Part shown: positions 63,133 to 64,000 of the stretch, in pieces | Numbering within the stretch: position 1 is the first letter of the stretch | Layout: each line of letters begins with the position of its first letter | Assembly (NCBI GenBank): GCA_963840235.1 | Contig: CAWIYC010000003.1 | Location: forward strand, 456,927-520,926 | DNA length: 64,000 nt | Origin: an uncultured Actinomycetes bacterium | GTDB lineage: Bacteria; Actinomycetota; Thermoleophilia; Solirubrobacterales; 70-9 | Direction of reading: 5' to 3' | The notes under the pieces: generated by a model | Database searches by the model: none | Seen by the model: the letters and a program-made list of their open reading frames with translations, nothing else | Told to the model about the DNA's origin: nothing | Position numbers and translations under genes: made by a program

Positions 63133-63663
63133 CTACGCGCCCGCGCGATCGAGGGCCTTGGAGAAGCCGATCGTGTCGAGGTCGTACTGCTCGATATAGA
63201 CGGTCTCGCCGTTCTCCGACCAACCCTGAGACTCGTAGAAGCGGATCGACGGGGCACCGACGGGGGTTCGCAGGCGGCCGGTCGTGTAGCCGCGGCGGCG
63301 CATCTCCTCCTCGGCCAGGCTCATCAGCGCGGTGGCGATCCCCTCACGCCAGCGGTCTGGATGCACGAACAGCTCGGTCAGGTGCCCCATGCCCTCGATC
63401 GGCACCTCGCCGTCGGTTGCCTGGCCGAGCACGGCGTGGGCGACCAGGCGCCCGCCGGGCTCGAAGGCGCCGGTGCTCCAGTTCCCGGGGTCGGCGAGGA
63501 TCCTCGCGTAGTAGGCACGCTCGTCATCCTCGCGGGCCGGCTGCCATCCCTGTGGCATCCACTCCAGATAGGTCCGGTCGGTTGCCGCTGTCACCAAGGC
63601 CGCTGCCGGCGCGTCGTCGGCGCTGAGTGCCCGCAGCGTCAGGTCGGATGGGAGGCCGCTCAC
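63133..63663 (-). CDS. GNAT-family N-acetyltransferase
   Basis: LFVHPDRWREGIATALM matches the acetyl-CoA-binding motif region. 176 aa. The GTGA start overlaps the dapF stop. Confidence 0.8.
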   Translation of the reverse strand: MSGLPSDLTLRALSADDAPAAALVTAATDRTYLEWMPQGWQPAREDDERAYYARILADPGNWSTGAFEPGGRLVAHAVLGQATDGEVPIEGMGHLTELFVHPDRWREGIATALMSLAEEEMRRRGYTTGRLRTPVGAPSIRFYESQGWSENGETVYIEQYDLDTIGFSKALDRAGA

Positions 63664-64000
63664 GCCAGCCCGGAGAGCGCGGCGACCAGCTCCGGCGAGA
63701 GCTCTCCGGCGCAGATCGGCTCGGCCCAGCCGCTGAGGCGGACGTCGAGCTCGGGTGAGATCTCGACCTCGAGCTCGCCGCCGTCGAGCTCGACCGTGAT
63801 CGGGCTCGGGGCCCCGCCGAGGAAGGCGGCGATCGCGGCGCCGCTGGCTCCGGTTCCCGAAGAGAGCGTCTCCCCCACCCCGCGCTCGAATATCCGGGCC
63901 CTGACCCTGCTCCCGTCTGTGATGAAGAAGGAGACATTGGTGCGGTTCGGGAACAGCTCGTTGCGCTCGATCTCCGGCCCGACCGCGGCGATGTCGAGCT
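63660..64000 (-). CDS. dapF: Diaminopimelate epimerase homologue, 5'-truncated by the window edge
   Basis: The C-terminal part NRTNVSFFI...ARIFERGVGETLSSGTGASGAAIAA aligns to the DapF block ERG-GET-x-(A/S)-C-G-(T/S)-G. Here serine occupies the Cys position. Confidence 0.78.
   Translation of the reverse strand, partial: LDIAAVGPEIERNELFPNRTNVSFFITDGSRVRARIFERGVGETLSSGTGASGAAIAAFLGGAPSPITVELDGGELEVEISPELDVRLSGWAEPICAGELSPELVAALSGLA

Noticed and set aside
1-64000. rRNA, tRNA, tmRNA, CRISPR arrays and large direct repeats.
   Set aside because: Intergenic regions are short, mostly under 200 bp. None shows cloverleaf-like structure, repeat-spacer periodicity or rRNA-like conserved stretches.

Overview
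This is a high-GC (roughly 70%) chromosomal window with about 68 protein-coding genes. Gene content and synteny look like a deep-branching Actinobacteria-type genome; a Thermoleophilia/Rubrobacteria-like origin is only my inference. I saw no rRNA, tRNA, CRISPR array, transposase or integrase.

Gene layout:
- The left end is the conserved housekeeping block rpsB-tsf-pyrH-frr-uppS-cdsA-dxr-rseP ... ispG-proS-pgsA. A roughly 4.8 kb accessory insert sits between rseP and ispG. It carries an acyl-CoA synthetase, an AAC(3)-like acetyltransferase coupled to an unknown protein, and a secreted lamin-tail-domain protein.
- Next comes the actinobacterial pgsA / small coiled-coil protein / FHA / MerR cluster.
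- The rest covers lipid metabolism, cell-envelope, stress-response and secreted-protein genes, ending with hflX, dapL and a partial dapF.

Most notable observations:
1. A very clear ydaO-class (c-di-AMP) riboswitch lies in front of an RlpA-like cell-wall lytic gene, preceded by a perfect TGTGA-N6-TCACA CRP/GlxR-type palindrome.
2. A murT-gatD peptidoglycan-amidation operon has a SAM methyltransferase inserted between the two genes, with overlapping start and stop codons on both sides.
3. A 99-aa single-motif RsiG-like candidate c-di-GMP-binding coiled-coil protein carries a Q-to-H variant of the binding motif.
4. An intact 884-aa secreted hydrolase-like gene sits next to a tandem paralogue broken by about six frameshifts.
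5. A secreted protein is built from three Cys-bounded repeats.
6. An ECF sigma / RsrA-like zinc anti-sigma pair is flanked by two genes that share an identical 11-mer at the same distance from their start codons.
7. The partial DapF homologue has serine at the second catalytic cysteine position.

All family assignments come from motif recognition by eye in the supplied translations. No database search was run. Many long antisense ORFs in the track are typical high-GC artefacts and were not called.
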